Assembly: GCA_965213685.1 (NCBI GenBank)
Contig: CBDBZY010000016.1
Coordinates: 448,001-512,000, forward strand
Source: a bacterium
GTDB taxonomy: Bacteria; UBA8248
Direction of reading: 5' to 3'
DNA: 64,000 nt
The position numbers and the translations under genes were made by a program. Shown piece by piece: positions 43,014 through 64,000 of the stretch; within the stretch, counting starts at the first letter, position 1, and the number at the start of each line of letters is the position of its first letter. Under the pieces are notes generated by a model that saw only the letters and a list, made by a program, of their open reading frames with translations, ran no database searches and was not told the origin of the DNA.

Positions 43014-43951
43014 TATACCGCTAATGTGCAATCCGTGCACTACCGGGGAACGGCGTAAGGTCGGCTTATATTACGGGAAATTAATTCACGTTGTGGGCGC
43101 GGGTAGCGGATATATTACGCGCAGTGCTTTCACTTACGGCTTCCTGGAAGGCTCGTCGGCTACCCTTGCTAGCCACACTATTAGCTCTGCCTGGAGTGTG
43201 GAGCAGCTCTGCTCCATGATGTCTCTGAACTTTCACGAAAAAACCCCATAAAAAACAAGCCAGAGGTGTTATACTGCTTCCGCCCGTGGAACGCATCAGT
43301 TATATAAGATAGATATAAGTTCTGTCCAGGTTTACATCCAGGTTTACATCATAGTTTACGCTATCTATAGGGATCTGACTATCACAACCATTCCGGAAAC
43401 GTTTATTGTCCCAGCGTAAACGCGGTGAGACACACAGTCTGATACGGTACTGAAATTTGGACCAGCGCTTCCTCGAAAGAGCACAATGTGTTGAGATTGC
43501 GTGCTAGCTGTACCAATCCCAGGTAAGTGGCGCGTTGTAGTTTCAACGTCGCTGCGTATATATATAAGCTTACCACACGCTCAGTTTTGTATGATTGTGC
43601 AGATACATTGGTGACGGACTGAAATTTTATAGGTCTCAACTGGACTTGGTGAGTAGCTAGTTTACAAGGTGCAGTGCGTGCGTTCGTGTCTGCACGCTGC
43701 GTGATACTTCTTCACACTGCAGGTGAGTTCAGTTCAGGTATAAGTAGCACTGTTTGTGTATATCCATTGCCTGTATTTGGTCGCCCTTTGTATGTGCTTC
43801 TATTGTCTATTTGTACGCAAGCAGGTATAAGTAGCACACACCACGCAGAGCAAAGCATGTAATAGGGACCACTTTATATGGCGACATTAACAAATTGTTG
43901 GTGCATTGTGTGTCAGCGTTTCTCTTGTTTGTTATTCTGCTAGACAAAGCC

Positions 43952-46900
43952 ATGGCATCTGAGAGGTTGTTCTGGCTGCTGGTGGCAGCTGTGCTGCATA
44001 GTGCCCTCTCCTTTGCTCACTATGACCACACAGTGTATGTGGACTGTAGCAACACCAATGCCACTGACAATGCCACTTGTGGAAGCCACACCCACCCTTG
44101 TCGTACCTTCTCCTATGCTGTGAGTGAGCGAGTGCTGAACTCCACTCAGGTGGTGGTCAGCAGTGGAGACTACTCACTGAACCACACAATCAGCTTGTCT
44201 GGACTTACCAATATAGCCCTGACTGGTGTTGACCCATTTGTAAATGGGTCATCCCAAGCTGTGGTGACAGTGACATGTGAATCTGGGGCAGGCCTCAGCT
44301 TTGTCCAGTCCAGTGGCATCACTATCCAGAATGTGCACTTCTGTGGCTGTGGGGCTCTGCAGAATAGCACGAGCCGTAACTTCAGTGACCACAGCTTCTC
44401 CTTCATGCAGTTTCCTGTGGGCGTGTACTTCCTGTTCTGTCAGCACATCAACCTGACTGGAGTGAGTGTCACCAACAGCACAGGGACAGGAATGGCTGTG
44501 TATGCTACTGGTGGACTCAACTACATCCACAACTGCACTTTCCTAGAAAATAAGCCATCAAGGTTTGGTGGGGGAGGTCTCTATGTCGAGTTTCCCTACT
44601 GTTCACCCACAAATCAAACGGGTTGTACCACTATCCAGGATAATGAATATAACTCTAATGCATCCTACACTATATCCGAATCATTGTTCAGTGGGAACGT
44701 TGCACTAGAACCAGAGGCAAGCATTCATGAAAGCCAGTACAATTTTCTGCCCCTTGACCCCCACTATCACAACACTGCAGGGCATGGTGGTGGTATAGCA
44801 CTGTACCTGTGCAGGGCAAATGACATCGTTATATCACTCACTGAGTGTAAGATAGAGCATAACAAGGCCTACTTTGGTGGCGGTATTGTAGTAAGTTTTG
44901 AGGAGTACAGTGTAGATACTAGAGTGAATATAGTCAGCAGCACTATCAGTGACAACCACTGTGTATACCGCAGTGCCTTTGGTGGCTCTGGTGGAGGAAT
45001 GATGGTACTTTTCAAGTTCTCCTACCAAGCAAGCCACACACACAACAGTATGTCTGTGAGCCACTCTCACTTTACCAAAAACACAGCATATTTTGGAGGG
45101 GGATCTGTCGTCAAAGCATCTCCCGAGATGGAACAGACTGACCCGACAAACAGTGTGTACTTCAATGAGTGTGTCTGGAGTGGGAATTATGGGACAGTGG
45201 GAGCTGCTCTGTTAGCCTCAGCCTACAACATATCTGCCAAAAGAGGTGCCCTATTGAAACCTGTTTTTGAGAGCTGCACTTTTGAGAACAATACTGGGGA
45301 CATCCCTGGCATTGTTACAGCAGATTATCTTCCAATTGCATTCAGTACTAATGTTAAGTTTTTTCATAATGGAAACAGTTCTCAGGCTTCTTCCCCCCTC
45401 ACTATTGACCAAACCAGTGTAGATTTCTTAGAGAACTGCCAGGCTACCTTCCATCACAACAAGGCAGCGTATGGCGGTGCCATATCACTTCATGGACATG
45501 CCTTCATGACAGTGCATAGAAATACTTCTCTGACCTTCTCACACAACTACGCACAGCGAGCAGGTGGAGCAATTTACCAGAATCCTACCAGCACTGGACT
45601 CCTGAGTAATGGACACTGTTTCGTGCAGTATATGGATGGTTCTGTACATCCCAAAGACTGGGAAACCAACTTTGTATTTGATTTTAATCGAGAAAATGTT
45701 CATACTTCTGACCCTGAGTGCAATGCAATGGTACTGGGCTCACTGATTCCATGCATTTGGAATGGCTACACATACAGTCGATCTCAGAATGAGACGGTCT
45801 TGAGCAAAGTGTTCTGCAAGGATCGCAACAACTGGACTTTTCGGTCAAACTCTACCAATTGTGGCTGTAGCAATCAGACACGAACCTTACCTAACAGGAT
45901 CATGGCAAATATTTCATTGAATGTAATTCCTGGACTTCGCAGTCCTCTCAACATAACACTGCTCGATGACTACAGCAAAAATGTGACAAAATATGCAGTA
46001 CTGAATGTGTGGCCTGCCACTAACAGTTCCATAAGCTTACCTCCAAACTCCTTTTATATAACCGATAATTCTCTAGTAATGTATGGTGAAAGCATGAATA
46101 ATGGAACATTGGATGTTGACACTCTGCCTCCTCGCCATCTCTTTGCCTCTGTTCCTGTTCATTTCCAGCAGTGCCCACCTGGCTTTGTGCAGACCAATAA
46201 GGATGGACACAGACCGACCTACTCCAGTGTAGACCTCTCCCAGAATGTGCGCGAGCTGGCCAAGTGTGTGTGTGATGAGAGTTATGGAGGGAGGGTGAAG
46301 TGTAGTGAGGCTGCCTTTACTGCCAAGTTGCAACGAGGGCTCTGGATGGGAGTGGACCCTAGTTTGGGAGGGGATCTCTCTAAGCAGCTTCTGGTTTGTA
46401 TAAGTCCTTACACAGCTAGTGCTATGGACTCACAGTATGTTGAGCTGCCAAACAATACGGCGGATCTCGACAAGCTGCTATGTCAGCCAGTAGGGAGGGA
46501 GGGGATTATGTGTGGTCGCTGTCGCCAAGGTTATGGTCTGGCTGTGAACACTAAACAAATCCAGTGTGTGCGATGCTCGGACAACCAAGCTTACTACATG
46601 TGGGTCTTTTATATCCTCTCCCAATTACTGCCCATCACAATAATGTTCCTGATATTCGTCCTACTTAATGTCAGCACCACCACTGGCCCAGCTAATGCCT
46701 TCATTTTATTTGCACAGCTCTTGACAACAGCATTAGACATTGAAGGTGATGGAACAGTCCACGTGGACAGCATCACCTCACACTACGATGCGCTGGAACA
46801 AGCCTACATCATTCCCTATGATATCTGGAACCTCAACTTCTTCTTCTTCCCACCCACCTGCCTCAGCCCCTACCTCAGCACTCAAGCATTCTTATCGCTA

Positions 46901-48271
46901 GACTTCCTCGTGGCAGCCTATCCTCTCATTCTCATTTTCCTCTTCTATGGTGTGGTCTCTCTCTATAATCGAGGTATCCAGCCAGTCTACTGCCTGTGTC
47001 GTCCCGTGCATAACCTGTTTGCCCGGTTTCAACACAAGTGGAACCTCCAACACTCAACCATTGACGCCTTTGCGACGTTTCTTGTTCTTTCATACAACAA
47101 ATTCACGGCGACCTCTGTGTACCTCCTGACCCCTGAGCCCTTGGTGGACAGCTCTGGCAATGGGGTGACCAATGTATTGTATCTTGATGGCAATGTCCAT
47201 TTCCTTAGCAATGAACACCTTCCCTACTTCTTCCTAGCTCTGTGCATTCTGCTGACCATAGTGATACTGCCTCCTCTCCTCCTCCTCGTCTATCCACTCA
47301 GACTGATTCAGAGGTTGTCAAACTGGTTTGGTTGCAGAAGAGCTTGTTGTCAGATCAACACTGGCGGCCGAATGCAGATGTTCCTCGACACATTCCAAGG
47401 CTGCTTCAAGGATGGCACCAATGGGACAAGAGACTACAGATACTTTGCTGGTGTCTACTTCATCCTCCGAATCCTCTTCTTCACACTCTATGCCTACTCA
47501 AATACTTGGATACAACAGTTTTTTGTACAGCAGCTGCTCTGCACGGCGGCTGTGCTCCTCTTCGCAGTTTTCAGACCATACAAAAAGGACTTCTATAATA
47601 ACCTCGATGCGACCATATTTGGTGTGTTGGCCCTCATTAATGCTGTGAGTATGTACAATATATGCTTCACCTCACTAGATCAGCCGTTGTCCAAGTGGGC
47701 ATTTGCCATGCAATACATTTTGATATTCCTTCCTCTGATGTACATGGTGGCCTATGTCATGCGGGCTGTGGTGAGGAATAACAAGCAGAAGCTGAAGAAG
47801 TGTTTTAAAAAGGTTTTCCGTTTCAGTTCTACTGATGAAAACACTCCTATCCTCACTAATCAGCGTGATGAAGGAACTTTGGATGCTGAATTTCTGGCAT
47901 TTGCAGCTGCTATAGACGATCAGTCTCACCAGGTTATCTGTGTCACACCACCAAGGGGGCACAACACGGGGAGAAATTCTGGTCCCCAGGGGGCTGGTTT
48001 GGATGTGTCTACTAGCACAACTTCATCTCATGGCACTACTAGTAGTACTGATCTCTATTGTGAGAGAGGTGAGGGAGGAAGGAGACCAGAGAGTGAGCAC
48101 AAGACAGACAACCTCAGGGAGGGAGAAGAGCAGAGCATTGGAAGAGGAGGGGACAGCGGAAAGAGAGGAGGGAATAGGGGTCATGAGGCGCGGAAGGATG
48201 GTGAGCTCTCTCCATCAGGAAGTGGCCATAATCAAAACAAAGATGGCAAAAGCACTGATGAAGATCCATGA
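43952..48271 (+). CDS. Receptor-like gene 7 (~1439 aa): MASERL leader, ectodomain A, membrane domain C, tail Z variant
   Basis: Open ORF. The ectodomain matches gene 1 up to CPPGFVQTN; from LAKCVCDESY onward it matches gene 6. Confidence 0.9.
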   Translation: MASERLFWLLVAAVLHSALSFAHYDHTVYVDCSNTNATDNATCGSHTHPCRTFSYAVSERVLNSTQVVVSSGDYSLNHTISLSGLTNIALTGVDPFVNGSSQAVVTVTCESGAGLSFVQSSGITIQNVHFCGCGALQNSTSRNFSDHSFSFMQFPVGVYFLFCQHINLTGVSVTNSTGTGMAVYATGGLNYIHNCTFLENKPSRFGGGGLYVEFPYCSPTNQTGCTTIQDNEYNSNASYTISESLFSGNVALEPEASIHESQYNFLPLDPHYHNTAGHGGGIALYLCRANDIVISLTECKIEHNKAYFGGGIVVSFEEYSVDTRVNIVSSTISDNHCVYRSAFGGSGGGMMVLFKFSYQASHTHNSMSVSHSHFTKNTAYFGGGSVVKASPEMEQTDPTNSVYFNECVWSGNYGTVGAALLASAYNISAKRGALLKPVFESCTFENNTGDIPGIVTADYLPIAFSTNVKFFHNGNSSQASSPLTIDQTSVDFLENCQATFHHNKAAYGGAISLHGHAFMTVHRNTSLTFSHNYAQRAGGAIYQNPTSTGLLSNGHCFVQYMDGSVHPKDWETNFVFDFNRENVHTSDPECNAMVLGSLIPCIWNGYTYSRSQNETVLSKVFCKDRNNWTFRSNSTNCGCSNQTRTLPNRIMANISLNVIPGLRSPLNITLLDDYSKNVTKYAVLNVWPATNSSISLPPNSFYITDNSLVMYGESMNNGTLDVDTLPPRHLFASVPVHFQQCPPGFVQTNKDGHRPTYSSVDLSQNVRELAKCVCDESYGGRVKCSEAAFTAKLQRGLWMGVDPSLGGDLSKQLLVCISPYTASAMDSQYVELPNNTADLDKLLCQPVGREGIMCGRCRQGYGLAVNTKQIQCVRCSDNQAYYMWVFYILSQLLPITIMFLIFVLLNVSTTTGPANAFILFAQLLTTALDIEGDGTVHVDSITSHYDALEQAYIIPYDIWNLNFFFFPPTCLSPYLSTQAFLSLDFLVAAYPLILIFLFYGVVSLYNRGIQPVYCLCRPVHNLFARFQHKWNLQHSTIDAFATFLVLSYNKFTATSVYLLTPEPLVDSSGNGVTNVLYLDGNVHFLSNEHLPYFFLALCILLTIVILPPLLLLVYPLRLIQRLSNWFGCRRACCQINTGGRMQMFLDTFQGCFKDGTNGTRDYRYFAGVYFILRILFFTLYAYSNTWIQQFFVQQLLCTAAVLLFAVFRPYKKDFYNNLDATIFGVLALINAVSMYNICFTSLDQPLSKWAFAMQYILIFLPLMYMVAYVMRAVVRNNKQKLKKCFKKVFRFSSTDENTPILTNQRDEGTLDAEFLAFAAAIDDQSHQVICVTPPRGHNTGRNSGPQGAGLDVSTSTTSSHGTTSSTDLYCERGEGGRRPESEHKTDNLREGEEQSIGRGGDSGKRGGNRGHEARKDGELSPSGSGHNQNKDGKSTDEDP

Positions 48272-48817
48272 CCATTGAAAAATTACCACATCTAGGATAA
48301 TGAACGCTGTAGAGCACTGCTGCATATCACTGTATGCCACATGCACAATCATAGTCTCGGGTCCCAGCGTCCCGCGTATATAAATTACGTCTGGTTTACA
48401 TTGAAACTTTTTGTGTACTGCGCTCAAGTACTGTTGATCTAACGCACATTGTTAATTAAATTTCGTGTACCCTGGTGTATAGTTTGGGGGTATCGCATGC
48501 GCGCTGGGCGCAGTTTACAGGTCTAAACGATCTCTAAGCAGCCTCGCAAGCCATCCCCCGCGAAAATTACGACTAACTTGCGAGGTAGTCTCGCGTAGCC
48601 AGACTACTTGCGAGGCTGCTCTGCAGGTCACCTAGGCTACCCGCAGTACGCGCATCATTCCGGCAAGTCATTAGGGATCCTTAGCGTAGCCTTTATGCGT
48701 AGAGTATGCGCAGATTCCAGACAGTAACAGGCCACGTGAGGAGATATAATTATGGCAGTACAAACTTAAAACCAGTGATTAGTGATGGACACACAGAAAA
48801 CATGGCAGGGGGTGTGG

Positions 48818-52392
<3,575 letters not shown>

Positions 52393-52600
52393 AATTGGTT
52401 GCAACTAGGCTTGGTGCGCATCAACTAGAACAGAGCTTGCGCCCACTGCGCGTGCGCAGAAACCCACCCTCCCACACCACACTTCGTACTTTTCCCGAAA
52501 AGAACACGCCCTCCAAGCTCGTATTCCATATTTGCAGATTTCCACGATCGGCAGGAAACCCACTGTCACGGTCACGATACACCCAGCCAACCGTGCAGGG
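52393..52600. promoter_or_regulatory. Probable bidirectional promoter for CLYBL and CYRI
   Basis: Short CpG-rich interval with TGCGCGTGCGCA (NRF1-like). A plus-strand donor GTGAGT at 52699 suggests a non-coding first exon of CYRI. Confidence 0.5.
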
Positions 52601-52966
52601 AAGGCGGAGAAACCGGCAGACGAGGGGGCAAGAGAGCGGTCGGGGCAGCCAGCGAGCCAAAGAGTGGTACATGTTGCTCGCTCTGACAAGTTTAAAAAGT
52701 GAGTGTTGTGTAGTCTCCCAAATTTGGACTGCTGGCTTGAGAGCTAGAAAGGCTACGTGTGTTGTGCGTCGTCTAGGAACGTGTGGAAGGGTTCATTGGA
52801 TTAGCAAGCGCGTGGGGTGTGCGAGTGTGTCTTGTGTCTCGCTGCGAGCCTTGGCCAGTGGAAGCGCGTTGTAGTGGCATGTGGCGGGGTGTGTCGCTGC
52901 ACAAGGCTTCTGTATATACCGTAGTACTAGGTTTTGAGGGCAGGAGGAGGTAGGGAGGTTGGGAAA

Positions 52967-53003
<37 letters not shown>

Positions 53004-53413
53004 AGAGAGGGAGAGAGAGAGGGAGAGAGAGTGTTGAAGACGGGGTAAGAAAACAAGAATGCTCTCCATGTGTATTCACAAAAGAAAAAAATCTAACCAT
53101 TCTGACGTTACTGCATACTTAGAATAATACATTTTTAGTTACATGTTGTTCAGGATGTACATTTTCATGTAGCGTTGTTGTCTACTTAGCATGTTGTTTA
53201 TTCCCATGTTGTTTATGTACATGTTGTTAACATGCATGTTGTTCATGTAATCTACCCTTGTAGCTGTTGTTGTTCAGTTACATGTTTTAGTAGCTGTTAC
53301 ATTCTCTGCTGTTCTTGTGTGCATTTCACATTATTTTTTGCATTTAATTACCTCGTTGCCATGACAAAGGCTGACTATTCTGACCAATTATGTGGGAGAT
53401 GATAGTCCTGCCT

Positions 53414-53485
<72 letters not shown>

Positions 53486-53965
53486 AAGGTGGGAGTGTGG
53501 CAGGTAAACAGGTTTAGACAGGTTTGGTCAGGTGAGGTAGGACTCTAAGGGGTGTTGTGTGGTTGCTAAGCCAACATTCATGTGTACCATCCATTTGGGG
53601 CAGGACGGGAGAGAGGGAGGGAGGGAAAGGGTGGGAAGAGAGGGAGAGAGAGGGAGGTAGTGTGCTAGGTTGAACAAGGGGAATTGGAGGGACGGGGAGA
53701 TTTGTGCCATCAAGAAAGTGCTCAGCTTATTAAGGGTTGTCCTTGCTAGGTTGTGCGTTCACCTAATGCACTAGCAACAGTGCTGTTGCTCTGGGCAACC
53801 ACCATACTGACATCAGCAGCCCTGTGTCAGTAGGGTGAGTGTGGAGTGCAGAGCCATCCTGGGATGGGCCCAGTGCTATGTCTCCTGTGCAAGGCCTCTG
53901 CCTTGCAAAACCTGTTCCTGTAACCCGTTCTGTTGTTATCTTTATGTCAAATGCTACTAGGCCCT

Positions 53966-54019
<54 letters not shown>

Positions 54020-54080
54020 TGTCAAGCAGATGTGACGGGAAGATTGGGGGAAGGTAGGATGAGAGAGATGGGGGGGGGGG

Positions 54081-54134
<54 letters not shown>

Positions 54135-55249
54135 CGTACATACATTTGTACATGTACAGAGCACAAGCATGTTGCCATGGGAATGGCAGCAGATGGTCAC
54201 TTCACACCCAACTATGCACACACAAGCCCCCGGAATGTTTACCCAAGCTCTGCTAGGCCCTGGACTCTCTCCTAAGTAACCATCTTCTTCCCCCGTGGTG
54301 TGTGTGCAGGGGCTGCTAAAACCTTTCCTTTCATGCTTGTCAGCTTTGCTTTGTGGCTGTCATGGGTACTTAGAATAACAGAGCTGACTCAGCTGTTAAC
54401 TCAGGTGATGTGTTAAGGAGACAGACTGATGGACAGACAGACAACGGACAGATTGATGGAGAGATAGACGTGCCGGCATGCAGGCAGACAGACAGGCAGA
54501 CAGGTAGGCAGACAGACAGACAGACAGACAGACAAGCAGGCAGACAAACAGATGTACAGGCAAACAGACAGACATACCATACTCCATCCAATGCTCACCA
54601 TCCTTGGCCAGCAGCTGTTTCTTGTTACCATAGCAACATCCTCCAACAGCCCCTAACCTCAAACAGTCAGCTCATCAAGATAATCACATTACTCTCCTGT
54701 GAGGGCAACAATGCCTCCAGTTGCCGGGGCTCCCTTACAAGGCCGACTGTGGTTATTTAAATGCTGTTCGGAGGAAGATTTGCTGTCTCTTTGGCCAGAA
54801 TTGATCATTGGGTGTCGCCTTAGTGCCAGCTCGGCCATTGTGTGAGCGGTGTCAGCAGGTTTCAGCACTTTCGGGGAGAGATGGAGGAGGAGGGATGGAG
54901 GAGGAGAGATGGAGGAGGAGGGGAGTAGCCTGAGGGTATGTGTGTGAGGGATGGGAGGGTACGCTGCGTTTCTGTGGTACCATGTGATGGTCATGTGATA
55001 GTCTTGTGATGTATGTATGTGGTGGTACTAGCTGTACATCTGTTTTTATTGTTGAGTGAAAAGTAAGTTACGTTCTGTTCAACTGTTATTCCTCTTCCTT
55101 CCTTCCCCCCTCTCCTCCCTCCCTCCCTCCCTCCCTCCTTCACTCCCTCCCTCCTCCCCCCTGTCTCTCTCTCCCCCTGTCTCTCTCTCCTCCTGTCCCT
55201 CTCTCCCTCCTCCCCCTTCCCCCCTTCTCTCTCCCCTGCACAGGTCACG

Positions 55250-60355
<5,106 letters not shown>

Positions 60356-60999
60356 ACCTAGTTGCCCCTAGCTACCGGTCCTGAACATACATCCACACAT
60401 ATACACGCACTCTACACATGGCCTCACACATACTGAATGACTGTGCTAGTGCATTAATTAGAAATATAGTCTTTGTATGGTGCATTGGGTGCTGTACTGT
60501 CTGTCGTTTCTTAATGTACATGTATAGTATTATACAGTCCGAGTTTCATGGGGGGACCCTGGGATTTTCCCCCCAGTTGAAGTTTCCCAACACCAGCCAT
60601 GGCCCCATGCCATGTAATTATATTAATGAGACAGGGGGAGGGAGAGGGAGGGAGAGAGGGAGGAAGGGAGGGAAGGATGGATGGATGGAGAGAGAGAGTA
60701 TCATGATGTACTGTAAAGCTGGCTCCTCCCAGATGTCTGGGGGCGTGGTCAATAGTAGTGTCATTAGGGCAATCCATTATATGTGCGTGTGAGCTAGTGC
60801 ATGCTGCAACAGGCGGAGGTGAAAGAAGTAGATGATGTTTCAACTACATGATAGGGAACTGTGAAAAACTGGCAGCTCCAGGATTGAAACAGGAGTTCTC
60901 TCACTTAAGCTGCCTGTGCTCTATATACCAGCTGCATGAGCTATGGCCACTGGGCGACAGCCAGTTCTCAATATCACTCTGTATGTATTATTGTTATTA

Positions 61000-61515
61000 G
61001 GAAAACTGGTGTCTGCTACAGATACGGAGCAGGTGTGGCCTTACATGTAGGTTCACAAAAACAGAGCATTCGTGCCTAGTAGATTTAAATATAACACCCT
61101 GCATTTCTTGCCTTCCATATGCACGTGAGCCTGAGGCCCGCCCCCTAGGCTGGCTAGCCTTATTAATATGTGCTTCCCTTATCCTGCCGCTAATAAGTAC
61201 CAAGCTTTGGCTTGGTCTCCAAAGCAGACACAGGAATTCGAACTCTACCCTCAGGCCTCCCCCTTGGCAGAGTGGTTATGCGTTCCGTCTGGTAAACGGA
61301 TGAGCGTGGGTTCGAATCCCGCGGTGGGAGCCGGTTTTTTCCGGCGAGGAAAACTGGTGTCTGCTACGGATACGGAGCCGGAGTGGCCTTAGGTTCACAA
61401 AAACAGAGCATTCATGCCTAGTAGATTTAAATATAACACCCTGCATTTCTTGCCTTCCATATGCACGTGAGCCTGAGGCCCGCCCCGGCCCCCTAGGCTG
61501 GCTAGCCTTATTAAA
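61000..61515 (+). mobile_element. tRNA(Thr-GGT)-like SINE head (~61258-61329) with a ~165-bp body, plus a headless direct copy of the body at 61000-61167
   Basis: TCCGT-CTGGTAA-ACGGA arm, GGTTCGAATCC B box, and a direct repeat 61000-61167 versus 61348-61515. Confidence 0.65.
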
Positions 61516-61898
61516 TATATGCTAATAGTACTATTTTGACATATGCTAGCCATAAGATTTGTTGCTAAAAACAACTTTGTTGCCAAACACTTTGGTCACC
61601 TTTCTGCAACCCTCATCAGTGGCAGAGGCCGTGTACTGCACTTCCATGTAAAATCATAGTTCTGTATTAGTATAATCATTGCAATATGGGAACAATATTG
61701 TGTTGCTTGTTAGTATTTCGAACAGAAGTCCTTAGCCCGCTACTGCGCATGCGCAAATAGGGGACCGTGTACGCGCGCCGCGCTGTTAGTGACCACGTGG
61801 AGAATGTTTTTTCGCCACGCGGGAAGGCCCAGGATCGTGAGAAGTCCGGGGCAGCCGCACACCTCCTTCGCCTTCTCTCTCCCTCTGATCCTTCAACG

Positions 61899-63039
<1,141 letters not shown>

Positions 63040-64000
63040 GTGGGTGAGGGAGGGGGAGGGGAGGGGGAGGGAGAGGAGGGGGAGGGAGGGAGGGTGAGGG
63101 AGAGAGAGCTCACTTGATGTCTGAGGACGCTGGAGAGCAGGAAGCTGATTAAGAGTGTGCGATCAGTGCAGGCTGCAAGGAGGAGGGTGGGTGAGGGAGG
63201 GAAGGAGGGGGAAGGAGAGAGGGAGGGGGAGGGGGAGGGGTAGGGGGGAGGGAGGATGAGGGAGAGAGAGCTCACTCAATGTCTGAGAATGCTGGAGAGT
63301 CAGAAGCTGATTAAGAGCGTGCAATTTATGCAGGCAGCAAGGAGGAGGGTGGGTGAGGGAGGGGAGGGGAAGGGGAGGGGGAGGGAGAGAGAGTTCACCT
63401 GATGTCTGAGGACGCTGGAGAGCAGGAAGCTGATTAAGTGTGTGCAATTTGTGCAGGCAGCAAGGAGGAGGGTGGGTGAGGGAGGGGGAGGGGAGGGGGA
63501 GGGAGAGGAGGGGGAGGGAGGGAGGGAGGGTGAGGGAGGGAGAGAGAGCTCACTTGATGTCTGAAGACACTGGAGAGTCAGAAGCTGATTAAGAGTGTGC
63601 GATCAGCGCAGGCTGCAAGGAGGAGGGCAAGTGAGGGAGGGGGAGGGGGAGGGAGGGAGGGGGGAGTGGGGGAGGGGGGAAGGGGAGGGAAGGAGGGAGA
63701 GGGAGGGGGGAGGGGGAGGAGTAAGGGGGAGGGAGGGAAGGGGAAGGAGAGAGGGAGGGGGAGGGGGAGGGGTAGGGAGGAGGGAGGGTGAGGGAGAGAG
63801 AGCTCACTCAATGTCTGAGAACGCTGGAGAGTCAGAAGCTGATTAAGAGTGTGCAATTTGTGCAGGCAGCAAGGAGGAGGGTGGGTGAGGGAGGGGGGGG
63901 GGGGGGGGGAGGATGAGCTCACCCGATGTCTGAGAACACTGGAGAGTAGGAAGCTGATTAAGAGTGTTTGATTGGTGCAGGCAGCTAGGAGGAGGGTGGG
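63040..64000 (+). repeat. Six tandem decayed copies of the 3' ~82 bp of POLR3F exon 3 plus donor, separated by G/A-rich spacers
   Basis: GAGCTCAC..ATGTCTGAG...AAGCTGATTAAGAGTGTG...GGAGGAGGGTGGG starting near 63106, 63268, 63391, 63546, 63800 and 63915. Confidence 0.9.

Noticed and set aside
63040-64000. CRISPR-like repeat-spacer pattern or additional functional exons
   Set aside because: The repeats derive from POLR3F exon 3, the spacers are low-complexity G/A, and the copies carry stops and lack acceptors.

Overview
Eukaryotic animal genomic DNA, probably a demosponge (inferred from gene-family content, microsatellite-rich short introns and repeat types; not proven). The window has three zones. 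(1) The last exon of B9D2 (195-352). (2) A ~47 kb array of seven paralogous genes with intronless CDSs plus one pseudogene. They encode ~1360-1440 aa proteins: signal peptide, shared N-terminal module, GGAI/FxxN beta-helix-like ectodomain, Cys-rich stalk, ~9 hydrophobic segments, cytoplasmic tail. The array is interspersed with nested transposons, including a young CRE-type non-LTR retrotransposon with a 13-bp TSD. (3) Three intron-rich housekeeping genes: CLYBL (-), CYRI/FAM49 (+) and the 5' part of POLR3F (+). The most notable signal is that the receptor-like genes are in-frame mosaics of interchangeable modules (leader, N-module, ectodomain A/B/C, membrane domain A/B/C, tail X/Y/Z). Recombination scars are visible, including an apparent inversion between convergent genes that swapped cytoplasmic tails. 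All alignments were done by eye, and assembly artefacts cannot be excluded from sequence alone.
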